Assembly (NCBI RefSeq): GCF_009914755.1
Contig: NC_060925.1
Reading direction: 5' to 3' (one strand)
Length of the DNA: 64,000 nt
From: the human T2T-CHM13v2.0 reference genome, Homo sapiens
A program made the position numbers and the translations under genes. Below, piece by piece: positions 28,701 through 50,035 of this stretch; the stretch's first letter is position 1; each line of letters starts with the position of its first letter. The notes under the pieces were generated by a model. The model ran no database searches. It was not told the DNA's origin and was given only the letters and a program-made list of their open reading frames with translations.

Positions 28701-31700
28701 GAAAATGCTTCTACTACTGATACATTTGGGCGGTCAGCCATATATGGGCAGCTATTCCATATTTTGGCAGTTGTTCAGTATTTTGGTCCCATTGCAGTGG
28801 AAGCTATAAAACTTCTAACTGGGGAAGTTTAGGTAGGTAACAAACTATTATAACTATTGACAAGACTTTATCCCCAGTGCAATGGGTTTATTAAAAACAA
28901 GCAATACAAGGATATGATTATATATCTTAGTTTCTGATAGCCATTCTCGATATGAAAATAGCTGAAAAGAGATCCCAGAGTAACTAGGGATTCTTCTATA
29001 ATAAACCATGGCTGTCAAGATTAAAGCAAATTCATCCATTCTCTGCAGAGTAACTCTCATTAATTATATGAGCATGATTTTCTTCCTGGAGAGTTATTTA
29101 AGTGAGCAATTTCTCCCATCACTGTGGGATGTGGTCAGACACACTTGAACTTTGAGGAGTGTGCCTTTGATTCTCTTATTTCTGACTAAATTGCTAAAAG
29201 TCAGACATCGTGTGGAAATGGATTTTGGTACCAACCTACATGAAGAAAGATCACTTAGCGTTCTCCTAGTGCACCGAGGTTTTCCTTTGAAGTCTGTTCA
29301 AGGGAAAGGTTTTGCTTTCCGACAACATAAAAATTATTCTCCTGGACTGTGCTTTGAGTTTATCAATTTGTGGAGGTCATATCCCCAGCAAAACTACAAA
29401 GAATTGCATTCAGCAAGCATCGAAGACCTTTGTCATGTAGAAACACTATATGCTGAGATGATCTAGGGTAGAGGGGAAAGGGTATTTTTAAAAAAAGGGA
29501 GAATCAAGGGCATGATAAACTTTATTGCCCTAAATGCATACTTTTCTTTTATTCTTCAATTTATACATCAAAGTATTAAATTATAAAAATATTTATAATC
29601 CTCTCGTTTGCAAGTCTTTATATTGCTGTTGATGGTGCTGATGACCATGATGATTGTATTTTCCCTAAACACTATGCATCCCTAGAGTTCTTTGAACATT
29701 TTCATACTTCATACCGCATAATGTTAGGGGTTAAAATTATGCCAAATTAGTGATAGCTCTTATTATTTCAACACTTATTTTCACTAGCCCTTGCTGAGCC
29801 TCCAAGCTTTGTGCAATACCTGCATTTATCTTTGTGAGTCCCCAGGGCAAGCTTTAAGGATACTCATGAAGAGACCTGATTAAATTCCCAGTGTAATCAC
29901 GAATTAATTCTCCCATCATGGCCCTAGTCCTGCTTTTTTTGATGCCACTATCAACTCCACTAAAGACACATTAAATTTTGGAGCGTGTCAAAGCAGCACA
30001 TTCTTGGTCTCCATACCCACCTGGTGAAGATGGAGCTGAACTGTGAGACGAGAAGGCTGCCTGCATTATTGATTTGTTTGACACTTTTATACATAGACCT
30101 ATACCCTAAAGTTTCATAAGAGGAGCATGCCTCTTGATATGGATTTTTAGCCCCTTTCTTCACTAGGGTTTAAAAAGCAGCTCCTGGAGTCTGGCATAAG
30201 GAGATGACTGATTTCTGAGACTGACCTGGGCTGCATTATCTGCTTTCATCCCATCCAATGGTCAAGCCCCTTCCATCTGAGTCTCACTTCCTTCTTTAGG
30301 TTTAGCTTGCCATCCCCTAGGGTTCCATCATCAAATGCTTTGACAAAGGCAATGGGTCACTTTCTAACTTCCTCTATGTTGTAGCATGAGTTATATGTTG
30401 GAAAGCATGGTCTTATTCTTATCTTTACTAATTATTCACTTCCATGAGCCTACACAGTTTTTTACCTCTGAGTTTCTCTTTTCTCATTTGTAAAACAGGG
30501 CAGAAATACCTCCCCAAGAGAGTTATAAAAATGACATGATGTAACATATGCAACATTTAAAATGCCCTTCTACCCATTATAGACCCTAATATGGTAATGC
30601 ATTAGTATTGGGTAACTTAGTGAGCTGAGAATCTTCTGGATGAAAGCAGGGAAAATAGGAAGTTCTCTGGCCAAATGAAGGAAAGGATTAGGTCAGAAAA
30701 TTTTCAGTTCTCAGGTATGCCATATCTCTCTCTACTCCAGAAAATTCCCTTCTGGAGGAAAAAGTGAATATAGGTAGGAAATAGATACAAGCATCATAGT
30801 AGTTTTGAGAAAAGGGAAAGTGATCACCCATAATGCAACTAAGGACATGATATCAACCTCAAGTCTATGGAAATTCTGGCGATTCTCCTTCCCACACTTG
30901 TACAATTCTACACATTTTATGAATTATGCCAGGTGAGTGGGACTCTAGATGCTTTAAGATTTCACATCCTAGAAAGGTGGGAAAATATCACTGGCAGCAG
31001 CAGAGGTGAAAGAGAATTTACAATGAATCATCTAGAAGGTCTCAACATCTGTATACAGTCTTGGATTTGAGATATTTCCAGGACTGCTGAGAAAGGGAAA
31101 TGTCTCCTCAAATAAAATATATCAACAAAGTAGCTACCTGGGAGCATGATAGCAGGTTGTGTGCATTATGGCATTGTCATTATCTCATCTCTGTTGTAAG
31201 AGAGAAAAAACCGCATCTTAATTATCTTTGTTTCTCTCAAAGTATGAGCTCATAGCTCTGTGCATAATAGGCTACAATAATTTTATAATTGTTGAAATTA
31301 AACATCCAAGCACTACATTTGCCTTAGAAAAGTCATTTGACTATTGCGTATCTGACTATGACAATTCCACATCGTACTTTTGACAGCTTCTTAAAATTGT
31401 CCCAGCACTATGACTATTCCATATCATACTTTTGACAGCTTATTGTTCCAGCAGCTACCTCCAGACCTGCTGCCCGGCAGTCGGCTGCATCTAAAACTCA
31501 CAGGGAGTGAGGCTCTTTGGCACAGAGGAAAGAGTCAATGTTCTGAGCACTCTATGAATGGAGTAGAGTTGCCCTGTGATTTCTTCATTATGAATATGCT
31601 GGTGACCTTGGCTGAATTATGCTGCTATGATGTGTTCCTTACACATTTCTTTTTCCTGGCTTTTGTCTAATTACCTTCATTCCATTCACCAAGGTGGCTG

Positions 31701-32232
31701 CTCCTGTATGAAGGTTTTATCTTATTTTTTTCTGCGTTTAGTATAGCGTAGCCAGAGGCCAATAAACATGTCCTTCATTCTTAGAAACCAATGGCAATTC
31801 AGAACCTCATTTACTGAGGGCTTTGTCCTGCCACTTTCTGTTAAATGGAACTGGTAGAAAAGCAGGGGAAAGTTGGCCTGACTCTGGTTTTGACACTGCA
31901 TTTTCAGAGCTCGCATTCTGTTGGAAAGAACAATCATTAAATGGGTCAGCAAGCTCTGGATTTCAATTTGGGGAGTTTCACTGAATTTAAATTAGTTCTA
32001 AGGTTGTGAGAAAAATGGTTTGCTTGCTATTCCATACCAGCAGTATAAGTCTGAGAAGACAGTGGCAGGCTGTTGGGGAAGAATCCTAATGGGAGTCTAT
32101 TGATTAAAGAAACTTTTCCGTTCTTAGGTATGCCATATAAAGATCTTCCTGTTTTAAAAATCCATCAAAGGGTCATAGTTTGTAAACTCTGCATACGTGC
32201 AGAGAAGCAAATTATAAGTAGTCAGTACATTG

Positions 32233-32528
32233 GGGCCAGGCGTGGTGGCTCACGCCTGTAATCCCAGCACTTTGGCAGGCCGAGGCAGGCGGATCACGAG
32301 GTCAGGAGATCGAGGCCATCCTGGCTAACACAGTGAAACCCCATCTGTACTAAAAATACAAAAAATTAGCCAGGCATGGTGGCGGGCACCTGTAGTGCCA
32401 TCTACTCACAAGGCTGAGGCAGGAGAATGACATGAACCTGGAAGGCGGAGCTTGGAGTGAGCTGAGATTGTGCCACTGCACTCCAGCATGGGCGATAGAG
32501 CAAGACTCCGTCTCAAAAAAAAAAAAAA
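32233..32528 (+). mobile_element. Alu (AluY-like)
   Basis: ggatcacgaggtcaggagatcgag...ctggctaacacagtg; TSD tagtcagtacat / tagtcaatacat. Confidence 0.95.
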
Positions 32529-33444
32529 TTAGTCAATACATCAACATTTTGTATAGTGCCTACTTAGAACAATGACAATGCCAACTTTCAACAAATTTTA
32601 TTCATGAATTCTTGCTGTATCCAGTCTGTTCTTAATGAAATGTGATGTGAAATGGAGACAAGTTAGATTACTGATAGTCAAGAATCCCTGAAATACTACC
32701 TCACCTCTTGAAGGTCAGTTTTTGTAGGGATAAAATGAGATAATCATTCTTACTTTGGTTGTTAAATGAGACTTTTTCTATTGCCTTGGAGTTTCAGCAA
32801 AAGTTGCAAAGCTGAAGACAATAGATGGTAGTTGAATCCTTCCTTATTCTAAAGATTCAGCTGAGCAGGAGGCTGGGAGCCTCTCCAGTGTTTACTGTGA
32901 CCCTCCACCTCCCATCGCAATAGAACAAGAGAGAAGACTAGAGAATTTGGGAAACACTCCTAGAATGTGAACCCAGTAGAAGTACTGGGGCATTTTCTCT
33001 CCTCCCTCTGTCAGGGAGTGGAGAGCGTGATCCCCAGGTCAATTAGTTGGAGGGACTTTAAGAGGATGTTCAGAGAGCTGTCCTGGCTGCAGGTGTTTTA
33101 AGTTGTGCAAAATCATGGTGAGGTGAAAGTGAGAGGCTTCTGGGAAGGCCTTGAGTTGTTCCCTGAAAAGTGAGGCCCATAGAAGATGCAGAGACTCTTT
33201 GCTGGAAGAATGCTGGAGTGGGAGGCATGGAGAGAGAGGAGAAAAGGATCAGGGTGGGGCCTGCCCTTCTCCCCATTTGGCAAGAATACATACATTGCCT
33301 GTGAGCCAGAAGGATGCTGTTAAATTCAGTCAGTCCTGAGACAGGGAGATTTTGGTAATAAGTAGACAGTTGGTGGCAGGGAAGCCTACAGAGGCCAGAG
33401 AGAGACCCCTTTGGGACTCTTTTGGGAAACTGCAATTTAAAAGA

Positions 33445-33447
<3 letters not shown>

Positions 33448-33479
<32 letters not shown>

Positions 33480-33486
33480 TGTGTGT
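33448..33486. repeat. (GT)n microsatellite
   Basis: Direct observation. Confidence 0.95.
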
Positions 33487-33581
33487 TTGCGAGTGCCTCC
33501 TGAAGAAATCCACCTGCCCTCTGGCAAGCAGCCTTTCATTTGTATTGATAAGTGAATACATCAGTGTCCAAAACTTTTTGT

Positions 33582-33755
33582 GATTTTCTTCTAATTTGCA
33601 ACACATGCGCCCCTCCTGAAGTGCAGACCCACCAGCACTGGTCAGTACGTCAAGGCCATGAGTGTCACGATTTTCTTCTAATTTGCAACACATGCACCCC
33701 TCCCCAGGTGCAGGCCCACCTGCCCTGGTCAGTACCTCAAGGCCATGAGTGTCAA
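33582..33755. repeat. Tandem duplication, 87-bp unit x2
   Basis: gattttcttctaatttgcaacacatgc...caaggccatgagtgtca starts at 33582 and 33669. Confidence 0.95.
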
Positions 33756-35291
33756 GACTGAATGTAAAACCCACCAGTGCTTAATGAGCGCTGAGAAAGG
33801 AAAGCTCTTGTGAGCATGATCACAAGGACTCTGTGAAAGAAGATTGTGTTACATAAATAAAGTCATCGTAAGCATTTCCATGTTACTCTGATAGAAACAT
33901 TTCTGAAAAATCCATCAAGTAGTGTTTTTTCCTGACAAATAATCAAACTAAAATTCTATGGCCCTGAAAACATTTTCCCAAAGTATTATGAAATCAAATA
34001 AGTAATTTAATTTAATAAGTGATTAAAATCATAGAAACAAAAATAGAGATAAACAAGTTGTAAATGTTTATTATTTTAAATCATTTCAGTTCACTTTCAG
34101 TTCTGGTTCATTGGCACTAAAATTTAAAGAAAAATATGGGCTAGAAAACATTGAACAGAAAAATCACTTATCTGCCATAATATCTTCTGAATTATTCTTG
34201 GTTGTTTTTCACACCCCCTTTTCCAATATTTTAAAGCTATATTTTCATGATAGCATATTCATTTATTCAAATACAGATTTTTCCACGTGTGTTGTAACTT
34301 GTGTTTACGCTACACCAAAAGAGTGTGGGGAGAGAGAGATGCAGAGAGGGCAAGATAGTAATTCAAAAATGCAGCCAGGGATTACTTGAAAAAATGCAGA
34401 ACTCCACAACACAATGGGTAGCACTTTTAATTAAATTTATAGCCGAACTGATAATAAAATTGGTAATTTGACTTGTATTTTCTTTTAAATCTCCTTTAAT
34501 TCTTAAAAATAAGATACAGTAGTATAATTTTCTATTCTGAGTTATACTTGTTCAGATTCAAGCTCAGGGCATTGTTGTTTCTGAGGCATCTGCCACAGAA
34601 AAATACATAGGACACATATTCTAAACCTTTGCAATAATCTCCACAAAGATGTATCTGATCAGTTACATACAGCTGGAACTTACATGGGCCTGCAGGCCCT
34701 TTGTTCAAAAAACTAATCATTTTTTCCTGGTGGTATCAAGTGATAAGGGTAGAAATCACTCCTTTTCTTGACACCGGGTCAAGAGAGGCAGGCTTATTTC
34801 TTTAAGCCTGTAGAGATCTACTTTGAAAAGAACTGAATGGTATGCAGCATTTTTCAATGCCAAATGGCCTATTTAAGATTTTTATCAGAGATTCTTATTT
34901 CTAGTAATGTCAAGTTTTGATATTCAGATCAAACCCTCAATGAAAATGCCTGAAACTCCTTAGACAGAGTAAAGAGCTGACAAGAAAGGAGAAAGCTCCC
35001 TGGCCAACATCTAAGAGGAAATGAGAGAAAGAGAGTGCACCAGGGCATCAGATGGCTAGAGCCACTTTAGCCGGGAGGGTATCTGTGGAGCCCAGTGATT
35101 TGGGGCCCACAGATGCTCAAGGAGAGGAGTCAAATGGGGAATGCTCTGCATTAATCTGAGATCCCGAAGGGCACCCCTCTCAGAGTAGAAGTGAATTAGA
35201 TTTACACCTCCACCTCACTATCACAGGGAACAGCAGGGAAATGGCTGCTTCCGGTCTTAGGTTGAGTTTTCACACAGCTGACTTCAAAGAC

Positions 35292-36108
<817 letters not shown>

Positions 36109-36154
36109 GAGGCAGATTTGAGTACAAATAGTTTATTGGCAACCTTGGCAGATG

Positions 36155-36567
36155 CTGTGTTATGCAACCTATATTCCCCCTTCATGAAAGACACACTCAC
36201 TCCCTACATCTATGAGTGTGGGTTGCAGCTGGCTCTCAGGTGAATGCCTCTCTAGGACTTGCCCTCAGCTGAAGAGAGCTCCTCATCCATGGTCACCCCT
36301 TCCATGGTATCAGCCACATCCAGTGACTTGTTTTTGCAGGGGATATACAGGCCTGGCCTCCTTGTCTGAAGGTGAGAAATCTCTGAAGGTCATTCCTATT
36401 CTGAAGCTCCCTGTGGGGTCATTTGAGGCCTCTGCTGAAACTGCATTGTGGTTTAGTTTTTCTCTCTGCTCAATTCTGCTTAATCTGCCTTCACAGATCC
36501 TTCAATAAGCCTCTTTTATATAAAATCTCAGAGACTTGGAGTTTGTTTCCTGGGGAACCAAATGACA
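36155..36567 (+). mobile_element. LTR16-like ERVL LTR, lying within further degraded ERVL LTR sequence (to ~37230)
   Basis: gccctcagctgaagagagc...cagccacatccagtgact...gtttgtttcctggggaacc. Confidence 0.65.
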
Positions 36568-36688
36568 AGAAACAATTCCAGAGAATGTGGATATAAGCTA
36601 AGAAAGGGAAGTAGATGAACAGATTGTGTTAGGCAACCGATTACTGCTCGGGGAAACTGCAGCTCAATCCCACTGCAGAGCCCTGTGA

Positions 36689-37037
<349 letters not shown>

Positions 37038-37299
37038 CCAACTTTCATTCATCATCAATTGAGAGTTGTTCTCAGGACTGTCCACTGTCATGTCCCGAGC
37101 ATCACCAGCCTGCCTGGAAAATATGCCAGCACTCTTCCATGATCCCAGGAATATCAAGGGTCATGCAGTAAGAACCACTTCAGGAATGGAAATGAGTTTT
37201 GATGGGATGTGATCAGAACATCAGTGACAGCCACTATAATTTGATTCTGAAGGAGCACAGTAAAATAGGAAAAGGGAAATAACCTCAGTAGTTGTGGCA

Positions 37300-40890
<3,591 letters not shown>

Positions 40891-41295
40891 TTAATGTCTT
40901 TTAGTCTCCTCTATCTGCACTCTCCCTCTGACACACTTTTTCCATAGGATATTGTGAAGAAGAGGGGGTTCAACCCAGGAAAGGATACCCCCAAGACACA
41001 CACTTGGTACTGCATCAGTTGATGATTTTCCCCAAAGAGACACAGTTTGTCTATAAATCCTGATGTACGCCTCCAACACAAGACGAGGCGCTCTGTTACA
41101 CCAGTGGTTCTGTGTGATCTGGATGACGCTGGCACCTTTCCACCACTAGGGTTCTCTCTCACATTTGATTCAGGGTCATCAAACACAAGAGAAGGTGGTA
41201 GGCATCAAGGATGCATAATGAGATAGTAATAACCAAGCCATAGTAATAATTATAAAAACAACAGCTAATTCTTATTAAGTACTTATTATGAGCAG

Positions 41296-41830
41296 TGTAT
41301 TAGTCAGTGTTCTCTAGAGGGATAGAACTGATATGAGAGATGTATATATGAAGGGGAGTTTATTAGGAGAATTGACTCACACGATCACAAGGTGAAGTCC
41401 CATGAAAGGCCGTCTGCAAGCTGAGGAGCAAGGAAGCCAGTCCGAGTCCCAAAACCTTAAACGTAGGGAAGCTGACAGTGCATCCTTCAGTCTGTCCCGA
41501 GAGTCCCTGGCAAATCTACTGGTGTAAGTCCAAGAGTCCCAAGGCTGAATTTGGAGTCTGATGTTCGAGGGCAGGAAGCATCCAGCACGGGAGAAAGATG
41601 AAGGCTGGAAGATTCAGCAAGTCAAATCCTTCCAATTTCTGCCTGCTCTATTCTAGCCGCGATGGCAGCTTATTAGCTGGTGCTCACCCGCACTGAGGGT
41701 GGGTCTGCCTCTCCCAGTCCACTGACTCAAATGTTAATCTCCTTTGCCAGCACCCTCACAGACACACCCAGGAACAATACTTTGCATCCTTCAATCCAAT
41801 CATGTTGACACTCAATTATTAGACATCACA
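41296..41830 (-). mobile_element. MLT2A (ERVL) solo LTR inserted in a MIR
   Basis: tgtattagtcagtgttctctagaggga...tcacaaggtgaagtccca...ttcaatccaatca...catcaca; MIR sequence (ggaaactgaggcac) continues to ~42030. Confidence 0.9.
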
Positions 41831-42959
41831 GGTATGCAGTGTTGTAAGTACTTCATGTATATTACTTCATTCCGTCCTTAATACTTCTTTGAAGTAGGAG
41901 CTATTGTATTTCCCATTTTTCAGCTCAGGAAACTGAGGCACAAGTCAGTCACTGGAGGTAATAGAGTGTGTGAGTGTCACAGCTGGATTTCAGAATCAGA
42001 CGTTTTCCCTCACACTTCCTGCTCTTGACTACCATGCTATTTGGTAGGAAACAAGTTTAAAAATATTATCTACTTGTGAAGATTGTGTTACTGTTATTTC
42101 TAATACAACACAGGGAATTAAGTAATGCATACATGTCTTTAAATCTTCAACAGTGTTGCACATAACATATGTCTTCAAAATCAGTAGTTGGGTGATCAGA
42201 AAGTATATATGGAAGAATAAATAATGAAGGGTGAGTTTTGAATTGAGATGAATATAACGAAATCTAGATAACTTTACTGCCAAATGAATATTTGATTCAT
42301 TTGAATCAATGGATGACTATAAATAGCTCTATAGTCCCACAAGTAATTCGATAAACTGATCTTCAACTCTATGAAGAAGGGTGAAATGTAAAATTGAGTA
42401 AGCAAGCTATTCCCAATTCAGATCAGTCACAGTTTAAGATTTTATGCTTTTGCTTTTACTCATCTCTACTTTATTTTTCAGTTATAATACAAATATTCTT
42501 TTTCCAGCATTACTTTTAGAGTTGCCAAAATGTTAATTTACAGTTGGATTTTTTTTTTCTGTTATCATTATTATGACACACTTGGCTCCTGGCTCTGTAC
42601 TCCCAGATACTAATGAATCTAGCATTGCTGCACTGTTTCCAAACCCAACATGAGTATAGTAACTGTGTACACTTCTCAATAGGGCTCGAAAACTCAACCA
42701 GGGTGCAAATAAGCCAGCTCTAAGCAAAAGCTCCTCTTACGAGGTGGAGAGGCAGACAGCCAAATCCTACTTGCCAGAGGGATATAATTCATGCATAATG
42801 TTTCTATGAAGTGTTGGAACTAGGAGTCAAAACTCCTTAACAATTTTGTTGCAAGCCAGCCCCCTCCACAGGTTTCAAGTTAACTCCAGCTTCAGTTATG
42901 TGGCTGCCGATCCTCTGAAGGCCTGAGAACTGAACTGTTGTGAAATTAAAGAAGAGAGT

Positions 42960-43368
42960 TGTTTTAGTCAGTTCTTGCACTGCTAGAAAGAAATATTTGA
43001 GACTGGGTAATTAATTTATAAAGAAAAGAGGTTTAATTGGCTCATAGTTCTGCAGGCCATACAGGAATCGTAATGCTGGCATATGCTGGGCTTCTGGGGA
43101 GGCCTCAGGAAACTTATAATCATGGCAAAAGGCGAAGGGGGAGCTGGCACCTCACACAGCCGGAGCAGGGGGAAGAGGGTGGGAGGAGATGCCGCACACT
43201 TTTTTAAACGACCAGATCTCCCAAGACTCACTCACTATCACACAGAACAGCACCAAGGGGGAGCTCCGTCCCCAAGATCCAATCACCTCCCACCAGGCCC
43301 CACCTCCAACATTGGGGATTACCATTCCTCAGGAGATTTGAGTGGGGACACAGATCCAAACCATATCA
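42960..43368 (-). mobile_element. MST (MSTA/B) MaLR solo LTR
   Basis: gaggtttaattggctca...ggaggcctcaggaaactt...atccaaaccatatca; 5-bp TSD agagt at 42955-42959 and 43369-43373. Confidence 0.92.
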
Positions 43369-43771
43369 AGAGTGAAAAGTTCTTACTCACTGATTTGTGG
43401 AGAGGCCACAAAAGTTAAGTGCCACTCTTGAAACATATGTCTAAAGAAAAAAGTTGAACTTTAGAAATCAAGCAAAATTGCTGGCTGTCAGCCAATGAAC
43501 AGTCGAAAGATATAACTGGCAAGGGAAAGGTAGTCTGAGTTGAAATGATGGAAAGAAACATTGCTACCAATAATAAAAATCAGAGGAAAGATTATATTTT
43601 TAGACTGCCAACTCTGTTAGCATATGTTGTTATTTTTAATCTTTAATATTTTTACAAATGAAGAAAGGGAAATTAATATTTATACCAGAGAGAATGAAAC
43701 ATTAAGCACACATTCGGTCCATGATTGAACTCAATGTTCTCTACCTCACAGTATGTTATACCCACTCCTTT

Positions 43772-44390
<619 letters not shown>

Positions 44391-44569
44391 TCACCGACAA
44401 AAGTGCACCAGAGGAGCATTTCCTCGTGCTCTGTCATCTGACCATCTGTATCTTATGCCAGTCCTCTTAATGCTGTGGTAATGGTCTTTATCCCTATGTA
44501 GGGTTGATCTTTGCACTTTTAAGCTTAATGTGTTCCCTGAGCAAGACCATTTCTTCAGCAACTCATCCT

Positions 44570-46445
<1,876 letters not shown>

Positions 46446-48379
46446 AACGACTCCAAAAAATTTTGTATCTTTTCTTCACATCTTCTTATGGTGTACTCTC
46501 TGATTTGTTAACATTTTTACAACATGAGCTTATTCTATTCTCATAACAAAGCTGCAACCTACATTATGCAAATGTATCTCCATTTCACATATAAATGTTA
46601 TACTTTAAAGGGATTAAGCAAGTTGCTTAAGATTAGTCAGACCTCAGTGCTATCATTCTAAATCCGTGCTACTGCATAATTCAATAAAAATAATGCTAAA
46701 TTTTTGCTTTATGAAATTTGTAAAAAAAAAAACTCCCCTAAACTTTTTGTCCACTGGTTGATAATAAAAGAAAAAAGAGTCCTACAAATACAAATAACTC
46801 AGATTTTTTTCATTTCTTTCTTTCTCAGCATTTATGATTGATTCATGAAAGATTATTGAGTACTACATTGAATTATTCACTGGCATTAGAACATATAATG
46901 TATGGGGGTTACTGCTTTTTATGTCCACATACAACATCACAAACTGAATATTCTGGTAGACGTCTAACAGTATTGTATTCATGATCATATTCAAAATGAT
47001 TAGTTGTAAGCTAAGCCTTTGGATTTGCATGCTTATTTGGTTTTAAACCAACTGAACACTACAATTTGAATGCTTTTTGTTTTAGCTAAAGAATAACCTA
47101 TTAACTTTTCCTGGAAATGTATGGAATCAGGCAATACAAAAAGGAATAACGCTGAGAAGCACTATTAGAGTCAGGATGCGTAAAGGACTGGGGTGAACTC
47201 AGTATGATTTGGGAGCAGGTGTTAAATAGACAAGAATCTACCATAGTCCCTTAAAGCAGTATTGCAATACATCTCTGGTTCCCTCACTATTTATATTTCC
47301 ATTCCTTTCATATTTTCTCAGATGTTTCTATCTGCTATTACTCAAGTCATTCCCAGTTATGAATTTTCCTATGACTTTGATTACAGGATGTAATCTGCTG
47401 CATTATATAGTAGACATGAATATAATCTGCTGCATTATATATAGCTACTAATAGGAGGTTCTCACTATTTTTAGGCAAATTCTTGTTGTTCCCTGTTCTT
47501 TTTTGACACAAATCTTTGACCTCCCTTTAATTGCATTGATTGTTTCTAACCCTGGCTGCCTTCTCTGTACCCATTGTCTTATAGGCCAGTGCACTACAGC
47601 TGTCTCATTTGTATAATTCAACAAATGTTCCGAGAGATAGAATTGTGAACACCATTGTTTCTAGCTGTAAATAGAAGCAAGTTGCTTGGTGTGTTTCTGG
47701 GTAATTTCATCTGTGGTTTCCATTCAGATACTCTTACAAATGGTCTTGTTTCAGAAACAATTTAGTTCCTCCCTCCTCAGCCCTATCTCACTAAAATGTA
47801 TGTGATACATAAACTTAGCAAAAACTCACTTCTATTTAAATTTGCCAGTTCTAGCTCTTTGTTCTATTCACCTTTATTGTCTGCTTACCTCCTTGTAATG
47901 CTCTAATTTATATAAGTAAAGATCTTGAACACTGGAAGGCAGCAAATTACACAGGACCTGTCTAGTCTTGAAGAGCAGATGTGATGTCTTACTTTTGCAA
48001 CCCCACAGTTCCTAGCACGGTGTGTGCAGATTGAATAAGTAGATATCTGTGAGTTATATTACAACATTTTAAAATTCCACCACGCTTATCAAAGTGGGAA
48101 CAGGATGCACATTTCAACCTGCAGCCTCATTTTTTCTTTTTTCTAATTTGTTTACCTCTCAGTTATCACTTTCAAGTTTTCACTTTCACAGTGTAAGCCT
48201 GTAACAGTGAGCAATAAGCTTTTCTCTCTTTATTATTACCCAAGCTAATGCCATACATATTGATTAAAATATGAAAGGTGAGAAACACGTCATTCACCTT
48301 GTAGAATTTTTGAGAAATATTTGAAGTGTTAATCAGTCAAATGATAATGAATACCAACTATCTAGTAACTAATAACTTC

Positions 48380-48600
48380 ATCTAGTGGTAGTAATAATAC
48401 TTTACATATATTATTCCATTTAATCCTCAAGACAGCTTAGTGTTGAGTATAATATTATTACTGTTATTTTACCAATGAAGTAAATTAGGTTTATAATGGT
48501 TAAATAACTTGCCAAAGATCACAGAGCAATCAAAAAAACCAAGTTGAATTCAAACCAAAAGTGTATCTGAGTCCAGAGCCTGTCCTCTTCCAAACTGTAA
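48380..48600 (-). mobile_element. MIR SINE fragment
   Basis: catttaatcctca...ggttaaataacttgccaaagatcacag...gagtccagagcc. Confidence 0.7.
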
Positions 48601-48797
48601 TACTTCAAACAATATTACATTAAGGTTTATGCTTTTGAGTGGCTTCATAGGTTATATATAATGTGTCCAAATCCAAGTTGGAAAGAACAATTCAAGTTAA
48701 TAATTTCTATTTTGATAATGTGTGTAGCACAGTACATTCCTCAAGAGAATTTATAATCAATAACCTTTCCATATGAAGGTTAAAAAAATTTGGACAA

Positions 48798-49213
<416 letters not shown>

Positions 49214-49557
49214 TTAGAGAGTGTCACTCCTTGGGCATTGGGGTGAAGAAAGAGGAAGAGACAGGTATCTTTGCTAACAGTGGTGGAACATCTCACTAAA
49301 TGGGCAGGAGTCTAACAAAAGGGAAGAGAAAATAAAGCGTGAAAAAGCATTTCAGACAGAAGAAAGAGGATGGAGTGAGGTACACAAATAAGAAATTTGT
49401 AAACCCTAAAAGCATAAATTAGGCAAGAGACTAGAAAGAGCGAAGAGCCTAGTTTTGGAAAAGAAAGAAAAATATCTGATAGTTATTTTTTAATGTGGCT
49501 CAGGAAAGAAGAAGCAAGTCAAATCCAAACACAACAGCCAGATGCTTCATGTAGTCT

Positions 49558-49713
49558 GTGATAGAGATCAAGGCTATGATTAGAAGATGTTTCAGGGTAT
49601 TGAGAAGAGTATACAACTTAGAAATAACTCTAGATATAACTTAGAAATAACTCTAGGTTGTATACTCTTCTCAATACCCTGAAACATCTAATCATAGCCT
49701 TGGTCTCTATCAC
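49558..49713. repeat. Near-perfect hairpin/palindrome, ~60-bp arms (49558-49617 and 49657-49713)
   Basis: gtgatagagatcaaggctatgattagaagatgtttcagggtattgagaagagtatacaac vs gttgtatactcttctcaataccctgaaacatctaatcatagccttggtctctatcac. Confidence 0.97.
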
Positions 49714-49728
49714 TTAGAAATAACTCTA

Positions 49729-50035
<307 letters not shown>

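Noticed and set aside
33070-33774. Longest ORF (234 aa, minus strand)
   Set aside because: It runs through a (CA)n microsatellite (HTHTHT) and an in-frame 87-bp tandem duplication, has a non-ATG start and no recognisable domain.
40891-41186. Unique-looking 91-aa and 62-aa minus-strand ORFs
   Set aside because: No recognisable homology, non-ATG starts and no clear splice or poly(A) context; could be ordinary or conserved non-coding DNA.
47388-47440. Short direct repeat taatctgctgcattatata x2
   Set aside because: Real but an ordinary short duplication; counted only in the hotspot tally.
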